A program made the position numbers and the translations under genes. A stretch of 47,165 nucleotides of DNA, taken from an uncultured Bacilli bacterium. Its GTDB lineage: Bacteria; Bacillota_I; Bacilli_A; RF39; UBA660. Position 1 is the first letter of the stretch; every line of letters begins with the position of its first letter. The notes beneath the pieces are model-generated. The model was given only the letters and a program-made list of their open reading frames with translations. It was not told where the DNA came from and did no database searches. This document shows positions 1 through 10,620 of the stretch, in pieces. The stretch spans positions 1 through 47,165 of the forward strand of contig CALVSK010000003.1 in assembly GCA_944359015.1 (NCBI GenBank). Reading direction: 5' to 3'.

Positions 1-142
1 TTACCCCCTTAATTAATTATATAACAACTTTAAATGACTTTCTAGTTACCATACATTTTTTTATAATAAAATAAAAAAATTTTTACAAAAGTAATAAAAT
101 TAAACATTCGTATGATATTATTTAAGACAAGGAGGAAAAATA

Positions 143-340
143 ATGCAAATAAAAGAAGTAAAAATTATTAAGAATGTTGTTATGAGAAATGAACATCATA
201 ATAAGGATTATTTCTCTAAAGATGGCATTATTATAATAACTATGGAAGATAATAACTCATTTATATTAGATATTGAAAGTGATGCAGACATATCTAAAAG
301 TGATTACATTACTATAATGACCTGCAACAAGACTAAATAA
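143..340 (+). CDS. Small hypothetical protein (65 aa)
   Basis: AAGGAGG RBS at ~129-135 and a TATGAT -10-like hexamer upstream; no recognisable motif. Confidence 0.6.
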   Translation: MQIKEVKIIKNVVMRNEHHNKDYFSKDGIIIITMEDNNSFILDIESDADISKSDYITIMTCNKTK

Positions 341-426
341 AAAATTTTATTTAAAAATATTTTTTTTGCTCCAGAACGAATAAAAAGATTAGCAAATACT
401 GATTAATATAAAAATAGGTAAATTAC

Positions 427-879
427 CTATTTTTTTTGTCTTTTAAAATAAACATGTGCTAATATATCTTTTAAAACTAGCATTGCATCAAGTTCATTAT
501 AATTATAAGTATTTTTTAAATCATCCAATAATTTTTTTAATGCATCTGAATATTTATTTATATCAACTTCATTTTGATATTGTACTAATACTGGATATTT
601 TTTTCCCCACAATTTTGTCCAATTAAGTTTTTTATTAACTTTATCATCACTATTTTTAATTGCTCTTTTTACTGTTTTTTTAGGTTTTTCTCCTAGTAAT
701 TCATAAATAGAAATATTTAATACTTCACAAATTTTCAAAGCCAAAAATATATCTGGTACGCCTATACAATTTTCAAATTTTGAAATTGTTCTATCACTTA
801 CTCCTATTAAACTTCCAAATTCTTTTTGAGATAATCCTAACTTCGTTCTTTTTTCTTCTATTACTTTTCCTATTTCCAT
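427..879 (-). CDS. XRE-family HTH transcriptional regulator with helical C-terminal domain
   Basis: IEEKRTKLGLSQKEFGSLIGVSDRTISKFEN...PD...L..S..ELL is a classic HTH_3 pattern; GAGGT RBS before ATG 879. Confidence 0.85.
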   Translation of the reverse strand: MEIGKVIEEKRTKLGLSQKEFGSLIGVSDRTISKFENCIGVPDIFLALKICEVLNISIYELLGEKPKKTVKRAIKNSDDKVNKKLNWTKLWGKKYPVLVQYQNEVDINKYSDALKKLLDDLKNTYNYNELDAMLVLKDILAHVYFKRQKK

Positions 880-957
880 CATTTTACCTCTTACTATATT
901 TTAGTATACTAAAATTATTATTAATTTTAAATGGTAATAAATATATTTAACAAAACA

Positions 958-1248
958 TTATTCATAATAAGTAATTGTTTTATCCAAAAGTTTAGCAAAT
1001 TCAATTTCTCTTTTTGTAGCATCTCCTATATAACCATCTTTATTTATTACAAAAATTTCATCAGATAATTTTATTTTTTCTTTATGCATCTTGTTTAATA
1101 TTTCAACTTCCTCATCTTTATAACTAACTCCATTTTTTAGTGGATATACAGGAGTTAAAACTACATTACCTAAAATTTCTAATCTAATAGCTTCCTTCAT
1201 CATAATTTCTTTAATTCTTAAACTACCACAAATCGTTACTACTCTCAT
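958..1248 (-). CDS. Small Rossmann-like protein, nucleoside 2-deoxyribosyltransferase-like
   Basis: ICGS...H..KI..SD.IFV.N..GYIG..T..EIEFA motif. Confidence 0.6.
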   Translation of the reverse strand: MRVVTICGSLRIKEIMMKEAIRLEILGNVVLTPVYPLKNGVSYKDEEVEILNKMHKEKIKLSDEIFVINKDGYIGDATKREIEFAKLLDKTITYYE

Positions 1249-1279
1249 ATTCTTTGCCTCATATAAATTTAATTTATTT

Positions 1280-1771
1280 TTAAGAATTTATCAATTTTTT
1301 AATTTCCTTTTTATTTAATATTATAACCTTTTTGGCATTTTCTTTTAAATATTTAATTTTCTCTTCTTTTTGTCCAACATCTTTATTAATCCAACTTAAT
1401 AAATTAAATAAATCTTTTAACGTAGGTTTATAATTATATTTCATTAATCCCAAATTTTGCTTAACCCATCTTAAAATGCATCTTTTATATAAAACAAATT
1501 TATTTAAATCAATATAATAAACAACATCGGCATTTTTTACACCATCAATAAACTTACTTCTTCCGACATCTTCAATAATCCAACTATTTTCTTTTATAAT
1601 TTTTAAAAATAAAATGGCAATATCTTCATTACTTCTTTTAATATTACCATTATCATCATCCCAAACAACTTTATCTAATTCATACATTTTAATATTTAAC
1701 TTTTTTGCTAAAGTATTTGCCAAAGTAGTTTTTCCCGAGCTTACTGGTCCTATTACATATATTTTTGACAT
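1280..1771 (-). CDS. P-loop nucleotide kinase (FlaR/adenylate-kinase-like family)
   Basis: IYVIGPVSSGKTTLA Walker A, ELDKVVW, WIIED; the start may be TTG at 1786. Confidence 0.75.
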   Translation of the reverse strand: MSKIYVIGPVSSGKTTLANTLAKKLNIKMYELDKVVWDDDNGNIKRSNEDIAILFLKIIKENSWIIEDVGRSKFIDGVKNADVVYYIDLNKFVLYKRCILRWVKQNLGLMKYNYKPTLKDLFNLLSWINKDVGQKEEKIKYLKENAKKVIILNKKEIKKLINS

Positions 1772-1772
1772 C

Positions 1773-2261
1773 TTATATAATTCCAATCTTATTTATTGGC
1801 CAAAATCTAAAGACTGCTTCGCCCATTATATCATCTTTTTTTATTGGACCAAAATATCTAGAATCCTTACTAATAAGTCGATTATCACCTAAAATAAAAT
1901 ATTCATCTTCTCCTAAAGTAATTTTATCATAATTACTAGTATCACCATAAGCATAATCATCTTCTAATAAAACATCATTAACATATATAGCATTATCTTT
2001 AATTTGAACAGTTTCTCCCGGTAAACCTATAATTCTTTTTATAATAATTTCTTTATCATCAGATTCATTTAATACTACAATATCAAATCTTTCTATTTTG
2101 GCCATTTTATATAAAAGAAGAATATCTCCATCTTCTAAAGTTTTCCGCATACTACTACCATCTACTCTCACAGGTGTAGCAATATACATTCTAATTATTA
2201 TTATAAAAAAAATTAAACAAACATATGGAATTAAATCCCTAATTATTCTAACAAATTTCAT
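1773..2261 (-). CDS. lepB: Signal peptidase I
   Basis: N-terminal TM, GSSM catalytic Ser, IIKRIIGLPGE, GDNR..SKDSR.FG. Confidence 0.95.
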   Translation of the reverse strand: MKFVRIIRDLIPYVCLIFFIIIIRMYIATPVRVDGSSMRKTLEDGDILLLYKMAKIERFDIVVLNESDDKEIIIKRIIGLPGETVQIKDNAIYVNDVLLEDDYAYGDTSNYDKITLGEDEYFILGDNRLISKDSRYFGPIKKDDIMGEAVFRFWPINKIGII

Positions 2262-2290
2262 ACAATCTCCTAACCAAAATAAGGAAAGAA

Positions 2291-2632
2291 TTAACTTCTT
2301 TCCTTAACTTTGTATTCTTTACGCATTCCCTTAATAAAGTTAAGTTTTGCTCTTCTAACTTTACCTTTTTTAACTACTGTTATTTTATCAATAGTTGGGG
2401 CATTAACTGGGAATATACGAGATACTCCAATAGTACCAGATTTTTTACGAACAGTAAAAGTTTCAGAAACGCCTCCGCCACGTTTAGCAATAACTAACCC
2501 TTCGAAAGCTTGAATTCTTTCCTTTTTACCTTCTTTTACCCAAACATCTACTCTAACAGTGTCACCAACTCTAAATTCAGGAACATCTTTACGAATATGT
2601 TTTGCATTAATCTTATCTACAAGATTTGCCAT
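2291..2632 (-). CDS. rplS: 50S ribosomal protein L19
   Basis: PEFRVGDTVRV...KEGKKERIQAFEG...GKVRRAKL; true start ATG 2632 after AGGAGG (ORF-track start 2722 is too long). Confidence 0.97.
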   Translation of the reverse strand: MANLVDKINAKHIRKDVPEFRVGDTVRVDVWVKEGKKERIQAFEGLVIAKRGGGVSETFTVRKKSGTIGVSRIFPVNAPTIDKITVVKKGKVRRAKLNFIKGMRKEYKVKERS

Positions 2633-2639
2633 TATTCTA

Positions 2640-2705
2640 ACCTCCTTATTATTTCTACCTATAATCTTAATATAAATCAGCGGATTATATACCTTTTTTG
2701 GGTCG
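2640..2705 (-). promoter_or_regulatory. Putative L19 leader (autoregulatory 5' UTR) with extended -10 promoter (TGTTATAAT at ~2711-2719)
   Basis: UTR upstream of rplS contains CCGCTG, typical of Firmicute L19 leaders. Confidence 0.45.
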
Positions 2706-2746
2706 TATTGATTATAACACAACTTTACTTAACTTGTAAACCTTTT

Positions 2747-5269
2747 TTAACTTTCCAACAATAATAACTTTTCTTTTTCTTCTTTTAAAGTTTTTCTTTC
2801 TTTTTCCACCAGTTCTTTCGGAGCTTTATTTACATAATTTTCATTTTTTAAAAGATTTTCTCTACGTATAATACTATTTTTCAAACTTTCTATTTGTTTT
2901 AATTTTAGTTCTTGATTTAAACTATTTTCTTTAATTTCATAATAAATTGACAAATCATAATCATTATATTTAATATTTATATTATTTTTATCAGAATCAT
3001 TTACAATATTTTCGTTAGATACTTTTAAAATTTTTAAAATTATACCATAATTCATATTATTATTGATTTTAATTTGAAAATCTTTACCTATTTTATTTTC
3101 TAATTTAATATTTCTAAATAATTTTATAAATTCAATTTTATTATCAACTTTTTCTAATTCTTTTTTAAAAACCATTGTTTTATCAAATAATGGATATTTA
3201 CTAATCATAATATTTTCTTCTTTTAATGGTAATAAAGAATATATTTCATCCGTAACATATGGCATAAAAGGATGTAATAATTTTAATACATCAGTTAATA
3301 CAATTAATAAAACTGACTTAGTAGTAGGACAATCTAAGCTAAATTTAGCAAATTCAATATAATTATCGCAAAAATCATTCCATATAAAACTATATAATTC
3401 TGTTCCAACATTATTAAATTCATAACGTTCCATAGCTTTTGTAACATTTTTTATTGTTAAGTTTAATTTTGTTAAAATCCATTTATCTTCTTCAGTTAAA
3501 TTTTCTATATTAAAATTAGATTTATTTAAATCTGCTATATTCATTAATACAAATCTAGATGCATTCCAAAGTTTATTAATAAAATTCCAAGTTGAAGCAA
3601 CTTTTTCTTCATCATAGCGTAAATCCATACCAGCAGCAGTAGAAGTACTTAAGAAAAATCTTAAAGCATCAGCTCCATATTTATCTATAACATCCATTGG
3701 GTCTACACCATTACCTAAAGATTTACTCATTTTTCTGCCTAATTTATCTCTAATTAAGCCATGGATTAAACAATCTTTAAAAGGCCTTTTATTAGTAAAA
3801 TGAAGTCCTTGAAAAGTCATCCTATTAACCCAAAAAGGAATAATATCATATCCAGTCACTAATACATTATTAGGATAAAACTTTTTCATATCTTCAGTAT
3901 CTTCTGGCCATCCCAAAGTCGAAAATGGCCACAAAGCACTGCTAAACCAAGTATCCAATACATCTGGGTCTTGTACCCAATCATCACCAGGTGAAGTTTC
4001 TCCTACAAATACTTCATCCCCTTTATACCAAGCTGGAATCCTATGTCCCCACCAAAGTTGTCTAGAAATACACCAATCATAAGTTATTTCCATCCAATGC
4101 TCCATTATTTTTTCAAATCTTTGAGGAACGAAATGAACCTTATTATCTTTATCTTTTTGATTTTCTAAAACTCTATCTGCTAAAGGACGCATTTTAACAA
4201 ACCATTGTTTAGATAGATAAGGCTCTATCATTACCCCACTTCTTTCACTATGGCCAACATTATGCTTTATTTTCTTTACTGCAACTAATAAATTTTCTTT
4301 TTCTAAATCTTTTACTAATTCTTCACGACACGCAAATCTATCTAAGCCCTTATATTTTAAAGCATTATCATTCATTGTTCCATCAGGATTTATAACAACT
4401 ATTCTTTCTAAATTATGTCTATTACCAACTTCAAAATCATTAGGGTCATGAGCGGGTGTAATTTTAACCACCCCAGTTCCAAAATCCATATCTGCATGTT
4501 CATCACCAATAATCGGAATTAATTTATTAACAATAGGTAATCTAACCATTTTACCAATCAATTTATTATAACGATTATCATTCGGATTTACAGCAACTGC
4601 TGTATCTCCAAACAAAGTTTCAGGTCTAGTAGTGGCAACTTCTAAATAATCATTTGAACCAGCAATAAAATATTTAATATGATAAAAAGCACCTTCAATT
4701 TCTTTATATATTACTTCTTCATTAGATAAAGCAGTCATTGCTACTGGGTCCCAATTAATTATTTTTTCTCCACGGTAAATTAAACCTTCTTCATATAATT
4801 TTTTAAATACATAAATAACGGCTTTATTCAGTCTTTCATCCAAAGTAAATCTTTCTTTTGAATAACATAATGATAAACCTAATTTCGCCCATTGCTTATG
4901 GATATTTTCAGCATATTCATCTTTCCAATCCCATGCATATTTCAACCATTCATCTCTAGATAAACTTCTTGGATTAATACCCATTTCTTTTAATTTAGCA
5001 TCAACCTTCGCTTGTGTAGCAATCCCAGCATGGTCCATTCCCGGCAACCACATAGCATTATACCCTTGCATTCTTTTAAAACGGATTATAATATCTTGAA
5101 GTGTTGTATCCCAAGCATGACCTAAATGCAATTTTCCAGTTACATTTGGTGGTGGTATAACAATTGCATAAGGTGGCAAACCATCTCTTTCTTCAAAATA
5201 ATTATTATTTAACCAATTTTCATATTTACCATCTTCAACTAATTTATGATTATACTTTTTATCTAACAT
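2747..5269 (-). CDS. valS: Valine--tRNA ligase
   Basis: [31 protein letters not shown]; start ATG 5269 after GGAGG. Confidence 0.98.
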   Translation of the reverse strand: MLDKKYNHKLVEDGKYENWLNNNYFEERDGLPPYAIVIPPPNVTGKLHLGHAWDTTLQDIIIRFKRMQGYNAMWLPGMDHAGIATQAKVDAKLKEMGINPRSLSRDEWLKYAWDWKDEYAENIHKQWAKLGLSLCYSKERFTLDERLNKAVIYVFKKLYEEGLIYRGEKIINWDPVAMTALSNEEVIYKEIEGAFYHIKYFIAGSNDYLEVATTRPETLFGDTAVAVNPNDNRYNKLIGKMVRLPIVNKLIPIIGDEHADMDFGTGVVKITPAHDPNDFEVGNRHNLERIVVINPDGTMNDNALKYKGLDRFACREELVKDLEKENLLVAVKKIKHNVGHSERSGVMIEPYLSKQWFVKMRPLADRVLENQKDKDNKVHFVPQRFEKIMEHWMEITYDWCISRQLWWGHRIPAWYKGDEVFVGETSPGDDWVQDPDVLDTWFSSALWPFSTLGWPEDTEDMKKFYPNNVLVTGYDIIPFWVNRMTFQGLHFTNKRPFKDCLIHGLIRDKLGRKMSKSLGNGVDPMDVIDKYGADALRFFLSTSTAAGMDLRYDEEKVASTWNFINKLWNASRFVLMNIADLNKSNFNIENLTEEDKWILTKLNLTIKNVTKAMERYEFNNVGTELYSFIWNDFCDNYIEFAKFSLDCPTTKSVLLIVLTDVLKLLHPFMPYVTDEIYSLLPLKEENIMISKYPLFDKTMVFKKELEKVDNKIEFIKLFRNIKLENKIGKDFQIKINNNMNYGIILKILKVSNENIVNDSDKNNINIKYNDYDLSIYYEIKENSLNQELKLKQIESLKNSIIRRENLLKNENYVNKAPKELVEKERKTLKEEKEKLLLLES

Positions 5270-5282
5270 TTTAATTCCTCCC

Positions 5283-5475
5283 AAAGAAAAAGGATAATAC
5301 CCAAGGAGCGCAAAAGCACGGTACCATCCTTTAAATTATCTTATCATGATTTTATAGCATCGCTGCTTTTGTTTTTCAGTTTACAACCTTCAAATAAATT
5401 TATTATTAGTTTCCATCAACCACTAACTTTCTTTAAATAAATATTATTTTACTCCTCAAACATCTTTAAAACACA
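5283..5475 (-). ncRNA. T-box riboswitch (Val)
   Basis: Stem I AGAAAG/GGTTGATGGAA apex, specifier region GTTGTA (Val codons, 5382-5387), T-box GGATGGTACCGTG, U-tract before the valS RBS. Confidence 0.9.
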
Positions 5476-5498
5476 TTTTTATTTTAACAAATTAAAAT

Positions 5499-6410
5499 TT
5501 ATATTTCAATAGTTTGATATAAATTGCCATTTATTAATATTTCAATACCCAAATCCGTAACATTAAAAGTTAAATTATCAAATGTTGCCAACTCAACGGT
5601 TTTAAGAACATTTTCAGAACAGTTTTCAAAAATATATAAATTACTTTGATTAACAACAAAAACATAATTTCCAACACAATATACATATTCTTTAGTTAAT
5701 GAACCTAAATATTCTTGTCCATTATAATCCATTATATGATATGCTGTATCATAAGTTATATAATAATTATCATTAAAATCTACAATTTCATTACTACTTA
5801 CTACAGAACGTGTATTAGTTTTATCTAAAATCAGCCACTCATTATCTTTTTTTGCTATCATTTTAGAAGTATTTAAAATAGAATTATTTAAATGTGCAGG
5901 AATTCCAATAAAATCATATTCTATAGGTATTTTTAATTCAACAGTTAATTCATTTACAGATAAAAGTCCCCATTTTTCATTATTTTCTACAATTAAAACT
6001 TGTTCACTATGATTAATATTATAATTTTTTACTGATGTATAACTACTTAAAAAATTACTAGTCATCATACTATAAATATTATTTAAATTATCTTTTTTAA
6101 TTATACCAAAGTTACTATTTAAAGTTGGCTCTAAAACTAAATCTCCATATTGATAATAATTAATATGATAATTTTCATCATCGATTGTAGTAGATACAAT
6201 TTCACAATCTGGGCAATCAAATACTGACAATAACTCATCATTTAAATAAAAGTATACTTTATCATTAAATAATATTTCATGATTAGGATTATCATCAATT
6301 AATTCTTTTTCATTACCTTCAGTTATTTTCTTATACGTTCCCAAGATGGAGCAAGGAAGAAAAATAGCAAGCAGAACAATAATTGTTATTAAAGTTTTTT
6401 TATCTTGCAT
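5499..6410 (-). CDS. Membrane-anchored hypothetical protein (beta-rich, WG-repeat-like)
   Basis: N-terminal hydrophobic anchor; KWGLL...IPIEYDFI WG-like repeat; GGAGG RBS. Confidence 0.7.
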   Translation of the reverse strand: MQDKKTLITIIVLLAIFLPCSILGTYKKITEGNEKELIDDNPNHEILFNDKVYFYLNDELLSVFDCPDCEIVSTTIDDENYHINYYQYGDLVLEPTLNSNFGIIKKDNLNNIYSMMTSNFLSSYTSVKNYNINHSEQVLIVENNEKWGLLSVNELTVELKIPIEYDFIGIPAHLNNSILNTSKMIAKKDNEWLILDKTNTRSVVSSNEIVDFNDNYYITYDTAYHIMDYNGQEYLGSLTKEYVYCVGNYVFVVNQSNLYIFENCSENVLKTVELATFDNLTFNVTDLGIEILINGNLYQTIEI

Positions 6411-6419
6411 AAAATCCTC

Positions 6420-8516
6420 CTATCCTATGTTTATTTCAACAACTTGATTTTCATCATTATACTTATAAGTTATTACTAAAACACTACCATTTAATCCATA
6501 TTTTATTTCATTTTTAATATCTTTACCATCTACTTTAATATTCTTAAGTAATGCTAAATCTAAATTACCTTTTGAAAAACTATAGACACTTACACTATTA
6601 TCTTCATTTACAGCAATATAAAATGTTTCTTCTAAAAATATGTATTTAAATTCATCTTTACTAGCAATACTTCCATCTAACTTATATATTAAATATTTTT
6701 CATTTGATTTAACTAAAATGTAATCTCCTTTATAATCGACTATTTCATTTTTAGTTGTTATATTTTCAGTTATTTCGTTTCCCTTTGAATCATACAAATG
6801 ATATGTTCCATCACTTCTTTTAAACAAAATATTATTACCTATCATTTTAACACTTACATTAGTATTACCACTTTCATCTTTAAAATCTACAAAACCAGTT
6901 ACTTTGCTCTTTTGAATATTTATTAGTCCATATGAATCACTAGTATTCTTAGCCAAAACAATTAAACCTGCAGTTTCAAGAAAGTTTACAGTTTTTTCAT
7001 CGCTATAAAATCCGGCATCAACTTCTTTATAAGTTGCTAACTTTTTATTATTATCTAAATCCCATAAAACTATATTATCATTTGCATTTGGAGTTTTAGT
7101 ATCAGCAATAAACACAAAACGATTATTATATATTGGTAAATATCCAACTTTTATATCCGCAGAAGTATTTAAAACTTTCTTCTCTTTTGCTATAAAACAA
7201 TTAGTTAATTCTTCAGTATTTTCATCAACACTATTAGCATAACTACAGGAATAAGTTCCTAATAATTCTGTCTTTTCTGCATCTTTGTAAATATATAATT
7301 TTCCTTGTAAATAGCTATAATATTCTTGTTTTTTACTAAATTTACCATCATTTAAATTAACATTTACCACCTCATCATCAAAAGTTATAGTAATTATATT
7401 TTCACTAAGACTAGCATTAAATGCCTCTTCTTTCCCAGTTTGCACTAAATCTTCATTAAAAATTAATTTAGTATTATAACTAGAACTACTTATTCTAAGG
7501 CCTTCTAACAACATCGGAGCAATGTCATTATCATATATATATAATTTTTTACTAGAAGCAGCAATTATATAATTACTTACAAACCGAATGTAATCAAATT
7601 TTTCTTCACTTTGTCTTATACCATCATAATCATATATGTAATAATCTCCATCAATTTTAACACTTATATTATTAGCATCAAAATTCTTAATTTCTCCTGG
7701 AATATTTTTACTAACTTCATTACCTTTTAAATCTAATAAAATATAATTATTATTATTTGCTCCAACTACATAATCATTATCTAAAATATAACCTAAATAA
7801 TCATAAGAAAAATCAATAACTTCATTTACTTGATTTTCAGTAAAATTTAATAATCCATATTCTTCTTCTAAATTTTCTACAATTACATGGTTTTCATCTA
7901 CTTCTTTTACAATTTTATATTCATCTATTACTTCACTCTTATTAATATCATATAATTTAATATTACCATCTTCAGATTTAGGATTATCATATATAAAAAC
8001 GAAATTATCTAATAGTATATCACTTCTAAAATCGATACTAACTCCATTTTCATAAACATTTTTGGGAACATCAAATTCATCTTCATTACTATAATATGCT
8101 ACATAACATAATTTTTCATTTTTATTACTACATTCATAACTTCCCAAATCTTTTTCATCTTCACTTACGAATATTAAAGTTCCATCTTCAAATCTATAAT
8201 TATCTTTTTCGATTATTACAACAGGTTCTTTTTCTTCTTCTAAATGTTCATCTTTATTAAATAGGAAAAAATATAAAATTACCCCAACAATAACTAATAA
8301 TACTAAAATAATAGAAATTATTATAATCGTTTTTTGCTTTTTACTTAACATACTCCATTTACTTGGCTTCTTTTCTTTCTTTTTCTTATCAGTATTATTT
8401 TCAACATGCTCCAAATCATATTGAGTATTAACTATCTCTTCATTTTCATCAATTTCTACAATTTCATTTTGTACTTTATTTTCTTCAGTATCATTTATTT
8501 CTTTATCTTCTAACAT
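6420..8516 (-). CDS. Large single-pass membrane protein with duplicated extracellular beta-rich module
   Basis: Acidic N-terminus, Lys-rich patch, one TM helix, repeated YG/YDY motifs; ATG 8516 follows GGAGG. Confidence 0.75.
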   Translation of the reverse strand: MLEDKEINDTEENKVQNEIVEIDENEEIVNTQYDLEHVENNTDKKKKEKKPSKWSMLSKKQKTIIIISIILVLLVIVGVILYFFLFNKDEHLEEEKEPVVIIEKDNYRFEDGTLIFVSEDEKDLGSYECSNKNEKLCYVAYYSNEDEFDVPKNVYENGVSIDFRSDILLDNFVFIYDNPKSEDGNIKLYDINKSEVIDEYKIVKEVDENHVIVENLEEEYGLLNFTENQVNEVIDFSYDYLGYILDNDYVVGANNNNYILLDLKGNEVSKNIPGEIKNFDANNISVKIDGDYYIYDYDGIRQSEEKFDYIRFVSNYIIAASSKKLYIYDNDIAPMLLEGLRISSSSYNTKLIFNEDLVQTGKEEAFNASLSENIITITFDDEVVNVNLNDGKFSKKQEYYSYLQGKLYIYKDAEKTELLGTYSCSYANSVDENTEELTNCFIAKEKKVLNTSADIKVGYLPIYNNRFVFIADTKTPNANDNIVLWDLDNNKKLATYKEVDAGFYSDEKTVNFLETAGLIVLAKNTSDSYGLINIQKSKVTGFVDFKDESGNTNVSVKMIGNNILFKRSDGTYHLYDSKGNEITENITTKNEIVDYKGDYILVKSNEKYLIYKLDGSIASKDEFKYIFLEETFYIAVNEDNSVSVYSFSKGNLDLALLKNIKVDGKDIKNEIKYGLNGSVLVITYKYNDENQVVEINIG

Positions 8517-8573
8517 AAGTACCTCCATCTACTATAAAAAAATTATATCACACATTATTTATATATTCAATTT

Positions 8574-8596
8574 AAAAACGAGCATTTTTGCTCGTT
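8574..8596 (-). terminator. Rho-independent terminator
   Basis: AACGAGCA-N4-TGCTCGTT stem with U-tract on the minus strand. Confidence 0.75.
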
Positions 8597-8603
8597 ACAA
8601 ATT

Positions 8604-9416
8604 TTAATTATTTTTGAAATTTTGATACCAAGAATTTAATTTTTCCTTAGTTTTTTCAAATACCGTTGTTCCAACATCCTTCACAAATGATAAAGCATTT
8701 TTAGAATATAATACTAACTCATCTTTAGCATCAATTATTGAATTATAATTTTCTTCCCCGAGTTTTTCTTTAGAAAAATTACTTAAATCTTTTGCTCCAT
8801 CTTTTATAATTTCACTAACTCTTAAAAATGCCGATGTTGCTTTATTGCTTATTGTTTCTTTATAACCTGGGAACTTTTTTTCAATTTTTAAATCTATTTT
8901 ATTTGCTAATTCTAAAACTTTTTGTTTTCCATTTTCACTCAATTCATCAAAAGTAACTCCATTAATTTTGCCATCATAAAACAAAAAGTCAACAATATTT
9001 ATAAAAGTTGTTTTTAAACAAGTTCCATCACTAGTTTCTACTTTTTTTAAATCATATTCTAATTTTTCAATAACTAAATTATCATTATTTGAATAATTAA
9101 CTTTTACAACATTATCATTTTCTTTAGAAACACTTGTATTACTATTTATTGATTCATTTTTAATATCTTTATTTAGAACATATTCTTCTTGTTTATTTTC
9201 AATTTTTTGTTCATCTATCTCATTATTTTCAGTTTCATAACTATCATGAAATTCTTTTGCTCCAACTTTACTATCATAAGTTTTTTTATCATTAGTTACA
9301 TTATAAGTTTTACTTTCACTTCGAGTATTTAAACATAACCCTGCATAAATACCAATAAGCAAAAATAGTAAAGAAATACTTACAACATAAAAATATTTAT
9401 TTTTATCACTTTTCAT
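8604..9416 (-). CDS. Hypothetical membrane-anchored protein
   Basis: N-terminal TM, low-complexity linker, helical C-terminal domain (FINIVDFLFYDG...TFDEL). Confidence 0.7.
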   Translation of the reverse strand: MKSDKNKYFYVVSISLLFLLIGIYAGLCLNTRSESKTYNVTNDKKTYDSKVGAKEFHDSYETENNEIDEQKIENKQEEYVLNKDIKNESINSNTSVSKENDNVVKVNYSNNDNLVIEKLEYDLKKVETSDGTCLKTTFINIVDFLFYDGKINGVTFDELSENGKQKVLELANKIDLKIEKKFPGYKETISNKATSAFLRVSEIIKDGAKDLSNFSKEKLGEENYNSIIDAKDELVLYSKNALSFVKDVGTTVFEKTKEKLNSWYQNFKNN

Positions 9417-9425
9417 ATATCACCT

Positions 9426-9917
9426 TTATAAAATTAAACTTTTTACATCCCTAGTATATAATATTTTCTCATCTTTAGCAAACCTTACAATATACCTATC
9501 AATTAAAGGAACTAAATAAGTTTTCTTATTATATACTACTTTTATATAATATGTATTTCCCACCAATAAGGTTTCTTTAACTATTCCGTATTCTTTTTCA
9601 TTTTCTTTTATTATAGCACCAACTAACTCCTCAACTAAATATTCATCATCTTTTAAATTTAAATCTTCTTTTCTCACATAAACATTATAACCAATATATT
9701 TAGTGATTAAATTAATATCATACCAATCATTTACAGTAATTAATATATAATTTTTATGTTTTCTAACACTACTAATTATTAATTCTTGATTATTAATTAA
9801 TATTTTCATTCCCACTTTAAAAACTTGAGAAATTTTATCAAAATTACTTAATATTTTAAGTTCTCCTTTAATACCAAAAAAATTTATTACTTTTCCAACG
9901 CAAACTAATTCAAACAT
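9426..9917 (-). CDS. rimM: Ribosome maturation factor RimM
   Basis: VGKVINFFGIKGELKI, EYLVEELVG, YLVP. Confidence 0.92.
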   Translation of the reverse strand: MFELVCVGKVINFFGIKGELKILSNFDKISQVFKVGMKILINNQELIISSVRKHKNYILITVNDWYDINLITKYIGYNVYVRKEDLNLKDDEYLVEELVGAIIKENEKEYGIVKETLLVGNTYYIKVVYNKKTYLVPLIDRYIVRFAKDEKILYTRDVKSLIL

Positions 9918-10620
9918 TACTTACCTCATACATTAAAATACTTGCTGCAATTCCAACATTTAAAGATTCACAATCATCACTTATTTTTATATAAACAAAA
10001 TCATCACATAATTTTTTAACATTTTCACTTAATCCATTACCCTCATTACCTAAAACTATAGCAATATTTTCCTTATTTATTTCTTTTATATCTTTTCCCA
10101 TATTTACATCTGTTCCAATTATTTTATATCCCAAATTTTTAAGTATAGGGATAAACTCATTTAAATTTCTTCGTAAGAAATTAATTTTAAATATCATTCC
10201 TTCAGTTGCTCTAATTACTTTAGGATTATATATATCTACAGAATCATCACTTATAATAATATTATTAATTCCAAAAGCAATACAAGAGCGAATTATAGTT
10301 CCTAAATTACCAGGATCTTGTATACAATCTAAAATAATTACATTACCATCTATCGAAGTCTCATTAATAAATTTAACAACTGCAGCATCATAACAAATAG
10401 ATTGCTGATTACTTATTTTTTTCATTATTTCTTTAGTAACAAAATAATCTGCATTTTTATCTACAACACTTATAGTTTCAACAATCAAGTTTTGTTTTTT
10501 AGCTTCTTCAATCAAATGTTTTCCTTCAATTAAAAACTTTTTTTCAGTATCTCTTGCTTTTTTATTATTTAAACTACACCAATACTTTACTTTTTCATTT
10601 TTCAAACTAGTTATTTCCAT
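9910..10620 (-). CDS. TrmH/SpoU-family RNA methyltransferase
   Basis: QDPGNLGTIIRS, LGNEGNG, ESLNVGIAASILMYE. Confidence 0.92.
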   Translation of the reverse strand: MEITSLKNEKVKYWCSLNNKKARDTEKKFLIEGKHLIEEAKKQNLIVETISVVDKNADYFVTKEIMKKISNQQSICYDAAVVKFINETSIDGNVIILDCIQDPGNLGTIIRSCIAFGINNIIISDDSVDIYNPKVIRATEGMIFKINFLRRNLNEFIPILKNLGYKIIGTDVNMGKDIKEINKENIAIVLGNEGNGLSENVKKLCDDFVYIKISDDCESLNVGIAASILMYEVSNV

